From a virus: a stretch of DNA of 64,000 nt. This document shows positions 8,988 to 25,132 of the stretch, piece by piece. The stretch lies in the IMG/VR virus record IMGVR_UViG_3300042375_000684; one strand, given 5' to 3'. The first letter of the stretch is position 1, and every line of letters starts with the position of its first letter. The position numbers were made by a program, and so were the translations under genes. The notes beneath the pieces were generated by a model that saw only the letters and a list, made by a program, of their open reading frames with translations, was not told the origin of the DNA and did no database searches.

Positions 8988-9452
8988 ATGGCTAGAATTA
9001 CTTGTAGAACACCTTCTACTGGAAAATCTCTTAGACTCGCACAAAGTAATATAGATAATACTTATGTTGTTATTGCAGAAGCTCCAGATTTTTCAGTTCC
9101 AGATGCATCAAATAAATTTACAGAGCGCGATCCTACTGATGTTGGAAGAGCTATTAGACCAGGTGAAATATTTTTCTTAACTCCATTAGCCGCAAGAAAT
9201 AAAGATACCGAAACGAGATGGTTTGAAACTATTTTAGTAACAGAGGATTTTGAAACAATCGAGATTGGAAAAGTAGAAGTACCTGCTGGTGATACGGCTT
9301 TTATCCCTCTACAAGGTAGAAGTATCTTTAAACGAATAGCTAATACTGTTATTGGTGATACGGTTCAAGTTCGTGCAGAAGTTTCAAATGTGTTTGATAT
9401 TTGGATTGCTGCGGAAGAAAAACTATCAAGCGAGCACGTTGGAGTAGTTTAA
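8988..9452 (+). CDS. Hypothetical virion protein
   Basis: 154-aa ORF tightly packed in the late operon. Confidence 0.55.
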   Translation: MARITCRTPSTGKSLRLAQSNIDNTYVVIAEAPDFSVPDASNKFTERDPTDVGRAIRPGEIFFLTPLAARNKDTETRWFETILVTEDFETIEIGKVEVPAGDTAFIPLQGRSIFKRIANTVIGDTVQVRAEVSNVFDIWIAAEEKLSSEHVGVV

Positions 9453-9457
9453 ATTAA

Positions 9458-14997
<5,540 letters not shown>

Positions 14998-15001
<4 letters not shown>

Positions 15002-15402
15002 CAACGGTTAATTTAAGTGCGCTTTTAGATGGGAATTATCTAGGATTTACTGGTTCCATAGGCTTTACTGGGTCAGTCGGGTTTACTGGATCTATAGGTC
15101 CTACTAATATTCCAGTAAATTCGCAAGCAGCTGGATATACACTCCAAGCTTCAGATGTGGGTAAATACATTAATATAACAAGTGGAAATGTTACAGTTCC
15201 GTCTGGAATATTTTCAAACGGTGATGTTGTAACTGTATTTAATAATAAAGGTAGTACAATGTCCATTTTGGCAAGCGGTGTCACCCAATACTTTGCAGGA
15301 ACAAACATTACAGGAACTTTAACATTGTCTCAAAGAGGTCTTGCAACTATTTTATGTGTAGGAACTAATATATTTGTAATATCCGGTGCAGGATTGTTTT
15401 GA
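14998..15402 (+). CDS. Small fibre-associated protein with short GFTGS collagen stub
   Basis: [17 protein letters not shown], then [12 protein letters not shown] and a C-terminal ISGAGL motif. Confidence 0.6.
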
Positions 15403-15403
15403 T

Positions 15404-16045
15404 ATGGTATCAGTAGTTTCACAAGCCATAAGTATGAATAGAGTACCTGAAATTTCTGCAGTTGGTTATGATGCAGCATTTAGTTATTCTGCTGCAAGCT
15501 TTTCATTTACAGCCGGTGCAGCTGGTTCGTTCACATTAACACAAGCATCGGAACCATATCAAAAATTTATAGTTTTAACAAGAATTGTAAAGGCATCTGG
15601 TCTAACTATAAGTAATTTAGCATTATCAGTGCAAGGTTCTGCTGGATTGAATATAGCAACAATTTCAAATAGTACTAATACTCTCTATATGCACTATATA
15701 AATCACCCAAGAACTAATGGTGCATTTTCCTCATATAGTATGTCTTTAACGGGACTCTCAGGACAAACACCTGGATCTATAAGTTTAGTAAGTAGAGTGT
15801 ATATTTTAGATGGAGGGTCTGGTCCACAAGATGTGCAAACTAATACAGATAGTGCCTCACATGTTTTAGGTGCAGGAGATTTTATAAACAGCAAAGCTGC
15901 TATTTTTGCAATTACATCTGGTACATCAATCACTGGTATTACAACACAGGCATCTAATCCGACCACAGGTGCTGAAGTATTTACATCTGGCTCTACAGTT
16001 AATTTATCTACAACCGGCATAATGATATCCGGAGTTTTTAAATAA
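15404..16045 (+). CDS. Hypothetical Ser/Thr-rich virion protein
   Basis: ATG one base after the upstream stop; S/T/G-rich beta-strand composition. Confidence 0.5.
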   Translation: MVSVVSQAISMNRVPEISAVGYDAAFSYSAASFSFTAGAAGSFTLTQASEPYQKFIVLTRIVKASGLTISNLALSVQGSAGLNIATISNSTNTLYMHYINHPRTNGAFSSYSMSLTGLSGQTPGSISLVSRVYILDGGSGPQDVQTNTDSASHVLGAGDFINSKAAIFAITSGTSITGITTQASNPTTGAEVFTSGSTVNLSTTGIMISGVFK

Positions 16046-16069
16046 ATAATCATATACATGGAGATATGA

Positions 16070-16741
16070 ATGACTACTAATTTATCAGATTTTTTAAGTA
16101 GTGGGTATGCAGGTTTTACTGGGTCAATTGGTTTAATTGGTGTTAGTGGTTCTTACGCAGCAGTGGGGTTTACGGGATCGGCAGGTTTCTTGGCAGATAC
16201 ATCAAACACCGCACCTTTTACTACTACAGATGGTCATATGTGGTTTGATACCACCGATCTTTCTCTTTCAGTACTATACAACGATGGTGATAGTCTGCAA
16301 TGGATTACTGTTACTGGCGCAAGAGGATTGACTGGGTATACTGGATCACTTGGTTTTACTGGAAGTAAGGGTGACATAGGATTTGTAGGTAGCCAAGGGC
16401 CAGCTGGTGGTTTTACAGGTAGCCAAGGATTTACTGGCAGTGCAGCACCAACAGGCATACCACAAAGCAACAACGTCGTTGTACTATCTTCTGATGCCGG
16501 AAAACACGTAAACACTACTGCAAATGTAACAATAAACACGTCAACATCGTTTTCAATCGGGGATATGGTTTCTTTTTATAACTCGTCTAATACTGCTATA
16601 ACTATTGTCTCTACTGGAGTTACTCTACGTCTAGCAGGAACTTCAACTACTGGAAATAGAACATTATCTAAATTTGGGTTGGCTACTGCTTTATGTGTTA
16701 ATGCCAATGACTACGCAATTTCTGGTGCCGGTATATCATGA
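16070..16741 (+). CDS. Fibre-associated protein with GFTGS collagen stubs (paralogue of 14998-15402)
   Basis: Shares the MTTxNLS N-terminus, GFTGS repeats and the C-terminal GLATxLCV..N...ISGAG domain. Confidence 0.6.
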   Translation: MTTNLSDFLSSGYAGFTGSIGLIGVSGSYAAVGFTGSAGFLADTSNTAPFTTTDGHMWFDTTDLSLSVLYNDGDSLQWITVTGARGLTGYTGSLGFTGSKGDIGFVGSQGPAGGFTGSQGFTGSAAPTGIPQSNNVVVLSSDAGKHVNTTANVTINTSTSFSIGDMVSFYNSSNTAITIVSTGVTLRLAGTSTTGNRTLSKFGLATALCVNANDYAISGAGIS

Positions 16742-17454
16742 CAATACAACAAATGCTCCTATGCATAGGTAGCCTAGTAACTGATGGTTTGCTAGTTTAT
16801 TTAGACGGTAGTACTAGTAGTTATCCTGGGAGTGGTACTGTTTGGAATGATATTTCAGGTAATGGAAGAAATTTTAATCTGTTAAATGCTCCTACATTTA
16901 CAAGTGACTATTTTACAATGAATGGAACTACTCAAGGTTTTGATATTGGTTCTGCAATTACTACAGTAACAGATTCTTTTACTTATTCTATGATAGCAAT
17001 GCCAACAGCAACTCATGGCATAGACGCAGAAAGCACCAGCGGTGTTACTGGAACCTCAGGTCAAAGATATTTAGTAGGTGCTAATCAAGGTGGCGCCAGT
17101 GCAGCAGGTGCTGGTATATCTTGTGGAACAAACGGTGTGTCTGTTTATGAGCATGCTGATGGTTATATGCCGCCTTTGCTTGTACACAGCGCCACAATAT
17201 CTAGCACAACACCTACTCTTATAACTGTTGTTTATTTAAATAAGAGACCTTATTTGTATTTAAACGATGTATTTGCTAGACAAGGGCTAACTAGTCCTAG
17301 GACAGCAGTAAACATGAGAGGAGATACTCTTGGATACGGGCCTTATGGATACTTTCAAGGTAGAATTTATACCTGTCAAATGTATAGTAAAGCACTTTCT
17401 ATTTCTGAAATTTCACAAAACTATGAGTTTTTTAAAACAAGGTATGCGATATAA
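16738..17454 (+). CDS. LamG / concanavalin A-like lectin domain protein
   Basis: Motifs DGLLVYLDG....YPGSGTVWNDISGNGRN and FQGRI...QMYSKALS..EI.QNY. Confidence 0.75.
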   Translation: MTIQQMLLCIGSLVTDGLLVYLDGSTSSYPGSGTVWNDISGNGRNFNLLNAPTFTSDYFTMNGTTQGFDIGSAITTVTDSFTYSMIAMPTATHGIDAESTSGVTGTSGQRYLVGANQGGASAAGAGISCGTNGVSVYEHADGYMPPLLVHSATISSTTPTLITVVYLNKRPYLYLNDVFARQGLTSPRTAVNMRGDTLGYGPYGYFQGRIYTCQMYSKALSISEISQNYEFFKTRYAI

Positions 17455-17613
17455 TGGGCATTTGGAGTTTACAGGCACAATATCTTTATAAAGTACCAAC
17501 AACCGTTTTTTCTGATAAGAATCTACATCAATACAGGTTATATAGAAGTTTCTGAAAAGCCACCAATTACGAATAATCAAATTCTATATAGGAACCCAAA
17601 CAGATCCGTATAA
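17454..17613 (+). pseudogene. Possible degraded remnant of a fibre-assembly-type gene
   Basis: A frame with no start codon reads ..YQQPFFLIRIYINTGYIEVSEKPPITNNQIL.., similar to the N-terminus of the 18723 protein. A second frame gives a 33-aa MGIWSLQAQY.. stub. Confidence 0.3.
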
Positions 17614-17640
17614 CGCAATTTGACCATAATAAAAGGATAA

Positions 17641-18720
17641 ATGATGTCAATAAACTTTCCCAACAGCCCCAGTGTAAACGACACATATCAGTTTAATAAT
17701 CTAGTTTTTGTCTTTGACGGAACTAAATGGAAAGTTGATGGGCAACTATCGTATATACAAGATGCAATACAATATATTCGTTCTGGAACACAAGCAGAGC
17801 GACCTACCGTGTCTGCAGCTACAATTTACTATAACACTGATCTTGAAGGGTTAGAATTTTATTATCCTGATATTGATACATGGGAAGTAGTTTCTACATT
17901 TGCAAAACAAGTTGATCTAACTGCTGACAGCGGTCAGCTTGCTTATACCAGCCCAGGTACATATTCTTTTGTGTGTCCCGCAAACGTATACCAAGTTTAC
18001 GTTGTTTGTGTTGGCGGCGGGGGTGGCGGATATCTTTCTGCTTCTGGAGGTTCCGGCGGTGGCGGCGGCGGTTTGGCCTGGTTAAATAATATACCAGTAA
18101 CACCTGGGAGTAGTTACACTGTTGTTGTAGGTTTGGCGGGGCAATCGGGCGGAACACCCCAAGCGGGCGGAACCAGCTATTTTATTTCAGCATTAACTGT
18201 AGCAGGTGGCGGCGGCGCAGTCGCCGCCGTTGGCTTTTCCGGCGCGAGCGGATCAGGTGGCAGCTTTACTACTACTATTGGCCCCGGCGGCGGTGGGTTT
18301 GGCGGTATCGGAGGACAAAATACAATCGGCAACTACTGCGGCGGCGGCGGGGGTGCAGGCGGCTATACTAGCAATGGAGGCGCAGGAAGCGGCTATAACA
18401 CTGCAGGATTAAATGGAAATGGCGGTGGTGGTGGCGGCGGTGGGGGAACCAGCGCCATCTCCGGCCTTGGTGGTTCGGGCGGTGGCGTTGGAATTTTAGG
18501 TGCTGGAATTAGTGGCACCGGCGGCATGGCCGGCAACAACGGGTCGCGCGGTGGCGGCGGGTCTGGAGGGGTTGGTGGCGGTACACTCAACACGGGCGGT
18601 GCATATGGCGGCGGCGGCCCCGGTTCAGACGGCACAGCTTCCGGCGGGGGCACCGGCGCCGTTCGTATCATATGGGGTCCAGGTCGCTCGTTTCCCTCTA
18701 CTAGTACAGGAGATGTATAA
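17641..18720 (+). CDS. Glycine-rich tail protein
   Basis: INFPNSPSVNDTY..WKV N-terminus, then YTSPGTYSFVCP..V.VVCVGGGGGG and a GGTGAVRIIWG glycine-rich domain. Confidence 0.75.
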   Translation: MMSINFPNSPSVNDTYQFNNLVFVFDGTKWKVDGQLSYIQDAIQYIRSGTQAERPTVSAATIYYNTDLEGLEFYYPDIDTWEVVSTFAKQVDLTADSGQLAYTSPGTYSFVCPANVYQVYVVCVGGGGGGYLSASGGSGGGGGGLAWLNNIPVTPGSSYTVVVGLAGQSGGTPQAGGTSYFISALTVAGGGGAVAAVGFSGASGSGGSFTTTIGPGGGGFGGIGGQNTIGNYCGGGGGAGGYTSNGGAGSGYNTAGLNGNGGGGGGGGGTSAISGLGGSGGGVGILGAGISGTGGMAGNNGSRGGGGSGGVGGGTLNTGGAYGGGGPGSDGTASGGGTGAVRIIWGPGRSFPSTSTGDV

Positions 18721-18722
18721 TA

Positions 18723-19103
18723 ATGCTAGTTTCATATAAAACTGCACAACCACAAAAATTACCTATTGAGCATGTCGGAAAAAGTGAGCAAGAACTGAAT
18801 GTTCTTGGATTTGTCATTTGTACTGTAAAACCATCATACATTCCAGGACAAAAATTGTGGTGGGAAAATAATCAATGGACTATACAAGATCCAAATGAAT
18901 CTGAACTTGCGATTCAATGGCAAAAAATAAAAACTGAATCTGAAAAACACTTGGCTGAAACTGATTATAAGGTGATCAAAGCATACGAGTTACAAGTACC
19001 AGTTAGCCCTGAATGGGTCGAGTATAGACAAGCTCTTCGCGACATTTACAATAACGTGGCGGGCCTGAACCCGTTTGCGGTCGATTGGCCACAAAAACCA
19101 TGA
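18723..19103 (+). CDS. Tail fibre assembly-type protein
   Basis: C-terminal L.ETDY.....EWVEYRQALRDI......P..V.WP.KP motif. Confidence 0.7.
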   Translation: MLVSYKTAQPQKLPIEHVGKSEQELNVLGFVICTVKPSYIPGQKLWWENNQWTIQDPNESELAIQWQKIKTESEKHLAETDYKVIKAYELQVPVSPEWVEYRQALRDIYNNVAGLNPFAVDWPQKP

Positions 19104-19118
19104 GCTCTTATAGATAAA

Positions 19119-19126
19119 TATAAATA
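19119..19126 (+). promoter_or_regulatory. T4-type late promoter of the second glyco cluster
   Basis: Intergenic TATAAATA upstream of 19161. Confidence 0.8.
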
Positions 19127-19160
19127 CCATTGATTAACTTTTACGTGATGAGGATATATT

Positions 19161-22100
19161 ATGAAACTTGCAATAATAGACAAAATAGGTTTATGCTATG
19201 ATGGAGATACTCTTTCTAAACAAGGACTCGGAGGCTCTGAATCCGCAGTCATCCTTATTTCAAAAGAACTTTCAAAAATCGGATTTGAGGTCACCGTATA
19301 TAATAACTGCAAGGACGGCTCGAACTCAAAACCAGGACTTTATGATGGAGTCCGATATGTCGATAACTCCGATGCTAAATTTGATGAAACAGACTACGAA
19401 GCCGTAATTGTTTCTAGAACTGTAGTACCATTTATTTCTAATGATTGGCCGTTTATACACAAAGCAAAGAAACGTATTCTTTGGTTACATGATACATTTA
19501 TAGAAGGTGATAATCTATTAGAAGATCTTGTTGTCTCTGGAAAAATAGATCACGTATTCACACTTTCTGACTGGCACACGTCATATATACTTACCTGTCA
19601 ACACGGCAAGAAACGAAACCACGAAGTACTTAAGAAATCAATATTTCAAACTCGTAATGGCGCCGTTTGCCATATTCCAGAAGTAGATCTATCAAAGAAA
19701 GATCCAAATCAATTTGTCTATAATGCATCGGCAACAAAAGGTATGTTGCCTCTAGTAGAACATATTTGGCCAGAGATAAAGAAAAGAATCCCAGAAGCAA
19801 AACTTTCTATTATTGGTGGTTACTATCGGTTTCGTGATGGAGCTGAACCTGATGCTCAAGAAAATACAGTTTCACAACTTGCCGCAAGAGAAGACTTAAA
19901 AAACCTCGGAATTACATTTACTGGAGTAATTCCACAGCATGAAATAGCAGAGATACTTGCAAAATCTTGGATGATGCTTTATCCAGGTGCATTTCCAGAA
20001 ACATTCGGAATTTCATCCCTTGAATCACTTCTATACAAGACACCTCTTGTCACCACAAGATTTGGTGCACTCGAAGAAACAGCAATAGATCTTGCCTGTT
20101 ATCATATTGACTATGCAATTGAACCGAATGTTTTATTTCCACATATTGATAAAAAAATTCAGGTGCAAAAGTTCTTAGAAACTTTCTTTGCTGCATATAA
20201 TAACCCATATCTACACCAACAAAAACAAAATTACTGCGATATTGTCAAAGATGTTACAGGCTGGAATACAGTTGCACTACAATGGAAACAGTTTCTTTAT
20301 TCGATACTTGGGAATTTTCTTTCAGTAGATGATTATAGAAAAGTCACTCGAATCAACCAAAAAGTAGCTCGTGTCTTTGGAAGAACAGGAAATATGCCTG
20401 CTAATAAACAGTATAGTTCATCTGAAGATCAGAAACGAATTGTAGTTATATCACCTTTTTGGAATGCAGAAAACTATATTCGAAAGAATATATTATCAAT
20501 TGCTACGCAAGATTATAATAACTACGTGCATATTCTAATAGATGATAATTCAGATGATAAGTCCTTTCAAGTAGCAAAAGAGACTATTAATAGTTTACCA
20601 GAAAAACTTCAGAGTAAATTTAGATTAATTCAAAATTTAGAAAATATCGGTGCTATTGCAAATCAAATAGCTGGTATTAGTCATTGCACCATGGATGATA
20701 TTGTTATGTTATTAGATGGTGATGATTGGTTAATAAACAATAACACACTATTTCACTATTATAATGATCTATATGCACAAGGTTACGAATTTACATATGG
20801 ATCTATGTGGTCTCTAACAGATAATATCCCATTAATAGCTCAAGAATATCCAATTGATGTTAAAAAGAATAAAAAATATAGAACACATCAGTTTAATTGG
20901 AAAATTCCATATACACATTTAAGAACATGTCTTAGCAAACATTTCTTTTCACTTGATATTGAAAAATTCAAAGTAGATGGAAAATGGATGAAATCAGGTC
21001 ACGATAATCCGCTATTCTATGAATTAATCGAGAAGATAGAGCCAGAGAAAATATACTGTAATAGAGAAATAGTTTGCAATTACAATGATTTAAACCCATT
21101 AAATGATTACAAGATAAATGGTGTTGAGCAAAATAGAAATGCAAATATGTCATATAGTAAAAAATTCTCAGTCATAGTTCCGACAATGTGGCGGTCTAAA
21201 CCACTATTCAATAAATCACTTGAAAGATTGGTCCAGCAAGATTTAGTCGGTGAAATTATAGTAATAAATAATGATGTAATCCACACACCTGATTGGATTG
21301 TACTACAAAATCCAAAAATAAAAATGCTAAATCAAGAGGCTAACATAAAAGTTAACCCTGCATGGAATTTAGGTGCAAAAGAAAGTTCTTATGATATAAT
21401 ATGTATAATAAATGATGATCTTTCATTTGATCCAATGTTATTTAATAAAATTTCTAATCACATCAATGACAAGATAGGTGTGTATGGATTTATAGTCGGT
21501 GGTCATAAATATAATCAACCAGAATTAACAGATGGTTCAATAGATCTAATAGAATGGTCACAAGATAAATCTGCTTATGGGTTTGGTCAACTCATTATAA
21601 TGAATAAAAATGATTGGGTTCCAATACCTGAAGGTTTGGACGTATATTTCGGTGATGATTTTATCTTACATAATACTATAAACTCTGGAAAGAGTGTATA
21701 TCTAATATCAAATATAAATTACGAGGAAGATTTTGGTGCAACATCAAGAGATCTTGACATATGGAAAGAATCCCATGATAAAGAAAAGCCAATCTTTGAA
21801 AAATGGTTAAAGGGTGATAAACACAAAATGAATAAAAAAATTCTTATTGCAATACCAACAAATAAGTATATTGAAGTAGAAACATTCAAAAGTATTTGGG
21901 ATTTAGAAATACCAACTGGTTATGAAGTTGAGTTTCAGTACTTTTTCGGGTATCAAGTAGATCAAATACGAAATCTAATTGGAGAATGGGCTAAAAGATA
22001 TGATTATCTATTGTCCATAGATTCAGATATTATAATTCCAAAAGATGCACTTAAGAAAATGATTGCTGCTGACAAAGACATAGTTACTGGAATGTATATT

Positions 22101-22532
22101 CAACGAATACCAGATACTCATACTCTTGAGATATACATGGTAGATCCAACCGGTGGCATTATTAATATCCCTCATAATTTAATTAAGATACATAATGGTT
22201 TGGTTGAAATAGCAGCCTGTGGATTTGGTTGCTGTTTAGTAAAAAGTGATGTATTCAGAAAAATGGAATACCCACATTTCTATTATCAATCTGCAATAAA
22301 TCATAAAGATACAGTATCAGAAGATATCTATTTCTGCAAGAAAGCAAGAGATAATGGATTTAAAGTTTGGGTAGATACAACTATTACATGCGATCATAAA
22401 GGTTCAACTTTCTTTAAAGTTAAAAGTGAAGTTAAACCAATAGAAATTCCAAAACAAGTAGAAGTTAAAAAAGATGAAACTGGTGTGACTGTAATACCTG
22501 ATAGTTATAGAAAAGAGAGAATCTTTAAATGA
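19161..22532 (+). CDS. Multidomain glycosyltransferase (GT4-like GT-B plus three GT-A/GT2-like domains)
   Basis: GLGGSESA and FPETFGISSLE (GT4). Then VVISPFWNAE..LIDDNSDD..LLDGDDW, VIVPTMW..INDDL and ILIAIPT..LSIDSDI..SEDIYFC. Confidence 0.85.
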   Translation: MKLAIIDKIGLCYDGDTLSKQGLGGSESAVILISKELSKIGFEVTVYNNCKDGSNSKPGLYDGVRYVDNSDAKFDETDYEAVIVSRTVVPFISNDWPFIHKAKKRILWLHDTFIEGDNLLEDLVVSGKIDHVFTLSDWHTSYILTCQHGKKRNHEVLKKSIFQTRNGAVCHIPEVDLSKKDPNQFVYNASATKGMLPLVEHIWPEIKKRIPEAKLSIIGGYYRFRDGAEPDAQENTVSQLAAREDLKNLGITFTGVIPQHEIAEILAKSWMMLYPGAFPETFGISSLESLLYKTPLVTTRFGALEETAIDLACYHIDYAIEPNVLFPHIDKKIQVQKFLETFFAAYNNPYLHQQKQNYCDIVKDVTGWNTVALQWKQFLYSILGNFLSVDDYRKVTRINQKVARVFGRTGNMPANKQYSSSEDQKRIVVISPFWNAENYIRKNILSIATQDYNNYVHILIDDNSDDKSFQVAKETINSLPEKLQSKFRLIQNLENIGAIANQIAGISHCTMDDIVMLLDGDDWLINNNTLFHYYNDLYAQGYEFTYGSMWSLTDNIPLIAQEYPIDVKKNKKYRTHQFNWKIPYTHLRTCLSKHFFSLDIEKFKVDGKWMKSGHDNPLFYELIEKIEPEKIYCNREIVCNYNDLNPLNDYKINGVEQNRNANMSYSKKFSVIVPTMWRSKPLFNKSLERLVQQDLVGEIIVINNDVIHTPDWIVLQNPKIKMLNQEANIKVNPAWNLGAKESSYDIICIINDDLSFDPMLFNKISNHINDKIGVYGFIVGGHKYNQPELTDGSIDLIEWSQDKSAYGFGQLIIMNKNDWVPIPEGLDVYFGDDFILHNTINSGKSVYLISNINYEEDFGATSRDLDIWKESHDKEKPIFEKWLKGDKHKMNKKILIAIPTNKYIEVETFKSIWDLEIPTGYEVEFQYFFGYQVDQIRNLIGEWAKRYDYLLSIDSDIIIPKDALKKMIAADKDIVTGMYIQRIPDTHTLEIYMVDPTGGIINIPHNLIKIHNGLVEIAACGFGCCLVKSDVFRKMEYPHFYYQSAINHKDTVSEDIYFCKKARDNGFKVWVDTTITCDHKGSTFFKVKSEVKPIEIPKQVEVKKDETGVTVIPDSYRKERIFK

Positions 22533-23233
22533 GTGAATACAATCGTGAATATGCAATGAGTGAGTTTCAACAGCATGGTGAAACTTGGATCCAAAATAGA
22601 TTTAATGGGCAGTTTAAAACAATATTTGATGTTGGATCTAATATCGGTGAATGGACAAGAATGACTCGATCATTTCAACCAAATGCTGATATACACATGT
22701 TTGAAATAGTTCCTGATACTTACAGTAAAATGCTTAGAAATATTGAACTAGACAATAAAATGATTCCGAATAGTTTCGGTTTACTAGATAAATCTGGCCC
22801 TGTGCCAATGAAGCATAAAACCGAATATGATTCACTCAGTACAATAGTTACAGATTTAAGATTAGATGATAGTATTCCGATAAATGGTCTTGCATTTACA
22901 GGTGACGATTATGTTGATAGTCGTAGACTTGAAATGATAGATTATCTAAAAATAGATACCGAAGGTGCAGAAGGAAAGGTATTTAAAGGGTTTGAAAAGA
23001 CGCTCAAAGAAGGTAAGGTTAGAATTATTCAATTTGAATATAGTTTCATATGTGTGCTTACCAAATGGATGTTAATAGATAGTTACAATTTCTTGGAACC
23101 ACTAGGATTTAAATTGGGTAAGTTAAAACAAGACAGCATAGAGTTTCATGACTATACTCTGATAGATGAAGATTTTAAAGGTCCAGAATATGTAGCAGTT
23201 CATCAAAATTCTTGGCACCTGTTTGGGTTATAA
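22529..23233 (+). CDS. FkbM-family methyltransferase
   Basis: Motifs IFDVGSNIGEW, IHMFE, LKIDTEGAE and IIQFEY. Confidence 0.85.
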   Translation: MSEYNREYAMSEFQQHGETWIQNRFNGQFKTIFDVGSNIGEWTRMTRSFQPNADIHMFEIVPDTYSKMLRNIELDNKMIPNSFGLLDKSGPVPMKHKTEYDSLSTIVTDLRLDDSIPINGLAFTGDDYVDSRRLEMIDYLKIDTEGAEGKVFKGFEKTLKEGKVRIIQFEYSFICVLTKWMLIDSYNFLEPLGFKLGKLKQDSIEFHDYTLIDEDFKGPEYVAVHQNSWHLFGL

Positions 23234-23236
23234 ATA
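23229..23236 (+). promoter_or_regulatory. T4-type late promoter overlapping a stop codon
   Basis: TATAAATA. Confidence 0.65.
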
Positions 23237-23268
23237 TCACAATATAATTGAATAGAGGTGACTATACT

Positions 23269-24315
23269 ATGGAAATCAAAAAAGGTTTTAACGAAGTAGA
23301 ATCAAAGTATAAGTTCGGTAATAATGAATCATTTACCAAATATGTACTTGAACGAGGTGGCAAGATAAAGCCTCTCATTATCCCATCAGAACTAACTAAT
23401 GGAACTGGATTAATGAATCCGACCATTTATAGATTGCCTGATGGTAGATTAATTGTCAATATCCGACACGTAAATTATACATTCTATCATTCCGAACGAA
23501 AACTATTGCAGCACCAATGGGGGCCACTTACTTATTTACACCCTGAAAATGATATGCATTTACGAACAACTAATTATTACTGTGAATTGGATAATGATCT
23601 TAATATCACTGGATTCTGTAAAATAGATACATCAAAATTTGACACATATGAGCCAATGTGGGATTTTGTTGGTCTCGAAGATGTCCGTCTTGTACTTTGG
23701 AATGAAAAACTTTATGCAACAGGTGTTCGTAGAGATACAACTACAAATGGTCAGGGTAGAATGGAGTTATCAGAACTTCAATACATTGAAGGTAAAATGA
23801 CTGAAGTTTCTAGAGTCAGAATACCACCGCCAAAAGATCCAAATTCATATTGTGAAAAGAATTGGATGCCAGTTATTGATGAAGACTATACGTATGTAAA
23901 ATGGTCTAATCCAACAGAGGTAGTCAAAGTAGATCCTATTGATGCTAAATCAACTACAATAAAATTAAGTGAATACTTTCCAGCACCAAACGATTTTAGA
24001 GGTGGAACACAAGTAATTCCACTTGGTATTGATGGGCAAAGAATAGCTCTTGTTCATGAAGTTGATTTATTTAGAAGTGAACACGATAGAAAAGATGCAG
24101 TTTATAGACATCGCTTTATAGTCTGGGATAAAGATTGGAATATTGTAAAGTATACAAATGATTTTTCAATGATGAATGGACACGTAGAATTTGCAGTTGG
24201 AATGTGTCATCATAATAATGGTGAAGTTTTAATTACATTTGGTTTTCAAGATAATGCTGCATATATTTTGCAAACTAATATTCAGGACATAATTGATTTT
24301 ATAAATGATAATTGA
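23269..24315 (+). CDS. Putative five-bladed beta-propeller glycoside hydrolase/phosphorylase-like protein
   Basis: GLMNPTI, GLEDVRL, EKNWMP, RGGT and EFAVG motifs resemble GH130/DUF377-like propellers. Confidence 0.6.
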   Translation: MEIKKGFNEVESKYKFGNNESFTKYVLERGGKIKPLIIPSELTNGTGLMNPTIYRLPDGRLIVNIRHVNYTFYHSERKLLQHQWGPLTYLHPENDMHLRTTNYYCELDNDLNITGFCKIDTSKFDTYEPMWDFVGLEDVRLVLWNEKLYATGVRRDTTTNGQGRMELSELQYIEGKMTEVSRVRIPPPKDPNSYCEKNWMPVIDEDYTYVKWSNPTEVVKVDPIDAKSTTIKLSEYFPAPNDFRGGTQVIPLGIDGQRIALVHEVDLFRSEHDRKDAVYRHRFIVWDKDWNIVKYTNDFSMMNGHVEFAVGMCHHNNGEVLITFGFQDNAAYILQTNIQDIIDFINDN

Positions 24316-25132
24316 TTGCTTTTCTTATTTTAATGAGGAAGAACTTCTAGAATTAAGATTAAGACTACTATATAATAAAGTAGATAAATTCATAATTACA
24401 GAAGCAGACCACACTCATAGCGGTTTACCGAAACAAATGACACTTTTAAACACTCTCAAGAGAATGGATATTTCTCTTGAGAAAATCTGGTATGTTCCAG
24501 TTATGTTGCCTTCACTTGCACAAGAACCGAATAATTGGGTACGTGAGCGTATGCAAAGAGATGCAGCTACATCATATATTAGAGAAACAGACATTGCATT
24601 TATTGGTGATTGTGATGAGATTTTAAATCCGGCACATATAGAATATATGAAATACATCAAAGAAAATCACCCAAATGAGATTTTGAGAACACCACTTGCA
24701 TATTTGTGTGGTAGAGCAGATTTAAGAGTTTATAATCAAAATGAAGAACAGATGCAATGGAATACCCCATTTTTAGTTTCTGGACAACAATTAAAACATT
24801 ATACACTTTCAGAAATTCGTGAAGATCATGCTTGGGGTTTTCATAGATTGCAAGATATTTTTATAACAGAAGATGGTTATTTAAAAGAACTTGGTTGGCA
24901 TTTTACTTGGATGGGAAATCAAGAAAGATTAAAAACAAAAATTAAAAATTATAGCCACGCTGGTGAACATACTCTAGATGAAAACTTTAGTGCATCAGAA
25001 AATTCATTTGATCCACTCGGAAGAAAAGATCATATATTAAAAAGATATAATATAAACAATTTACCGAACTTGATATTAGAAAATAACAGAATTAGAAAGT
25101 ATCTATTACCAGATGAAAATACTTTTTCATGA
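24305..25132 (+). CDS. GT17-family glycosyltransferase (beta-1,4-GlcNAc transferase-like)
   Basis: Motifs IIDCFSYFNEEELLELRL, FIITEAD.THSG.PK, RERMQRD, DCDEI and GWHFTW. Confidence 0.85.
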   Translation: MIIDCFSYFNEEELLELRLRLLYNKVDKFIITEADHTHSGLPKQMTLLNTLKRMDISLEKIWYVPVMLPSLAQEPNNWVRERMQRDAATSYIRETDIAFIGDCDEILNPAHIEYMKYIKENHPNEILRTPLAYLCGRADLRVYNQNEEQMQWNTPFLVSGQQLKHYTLSEIREDHAWGFHRLQDIFITEDGYLKELGWHFTWMGNQERLKTKIKNYSHAGEHTLDENFSASENSFDPLGRKDHILKRYNINNLPNLILENNRIRKYLLPDENTFS

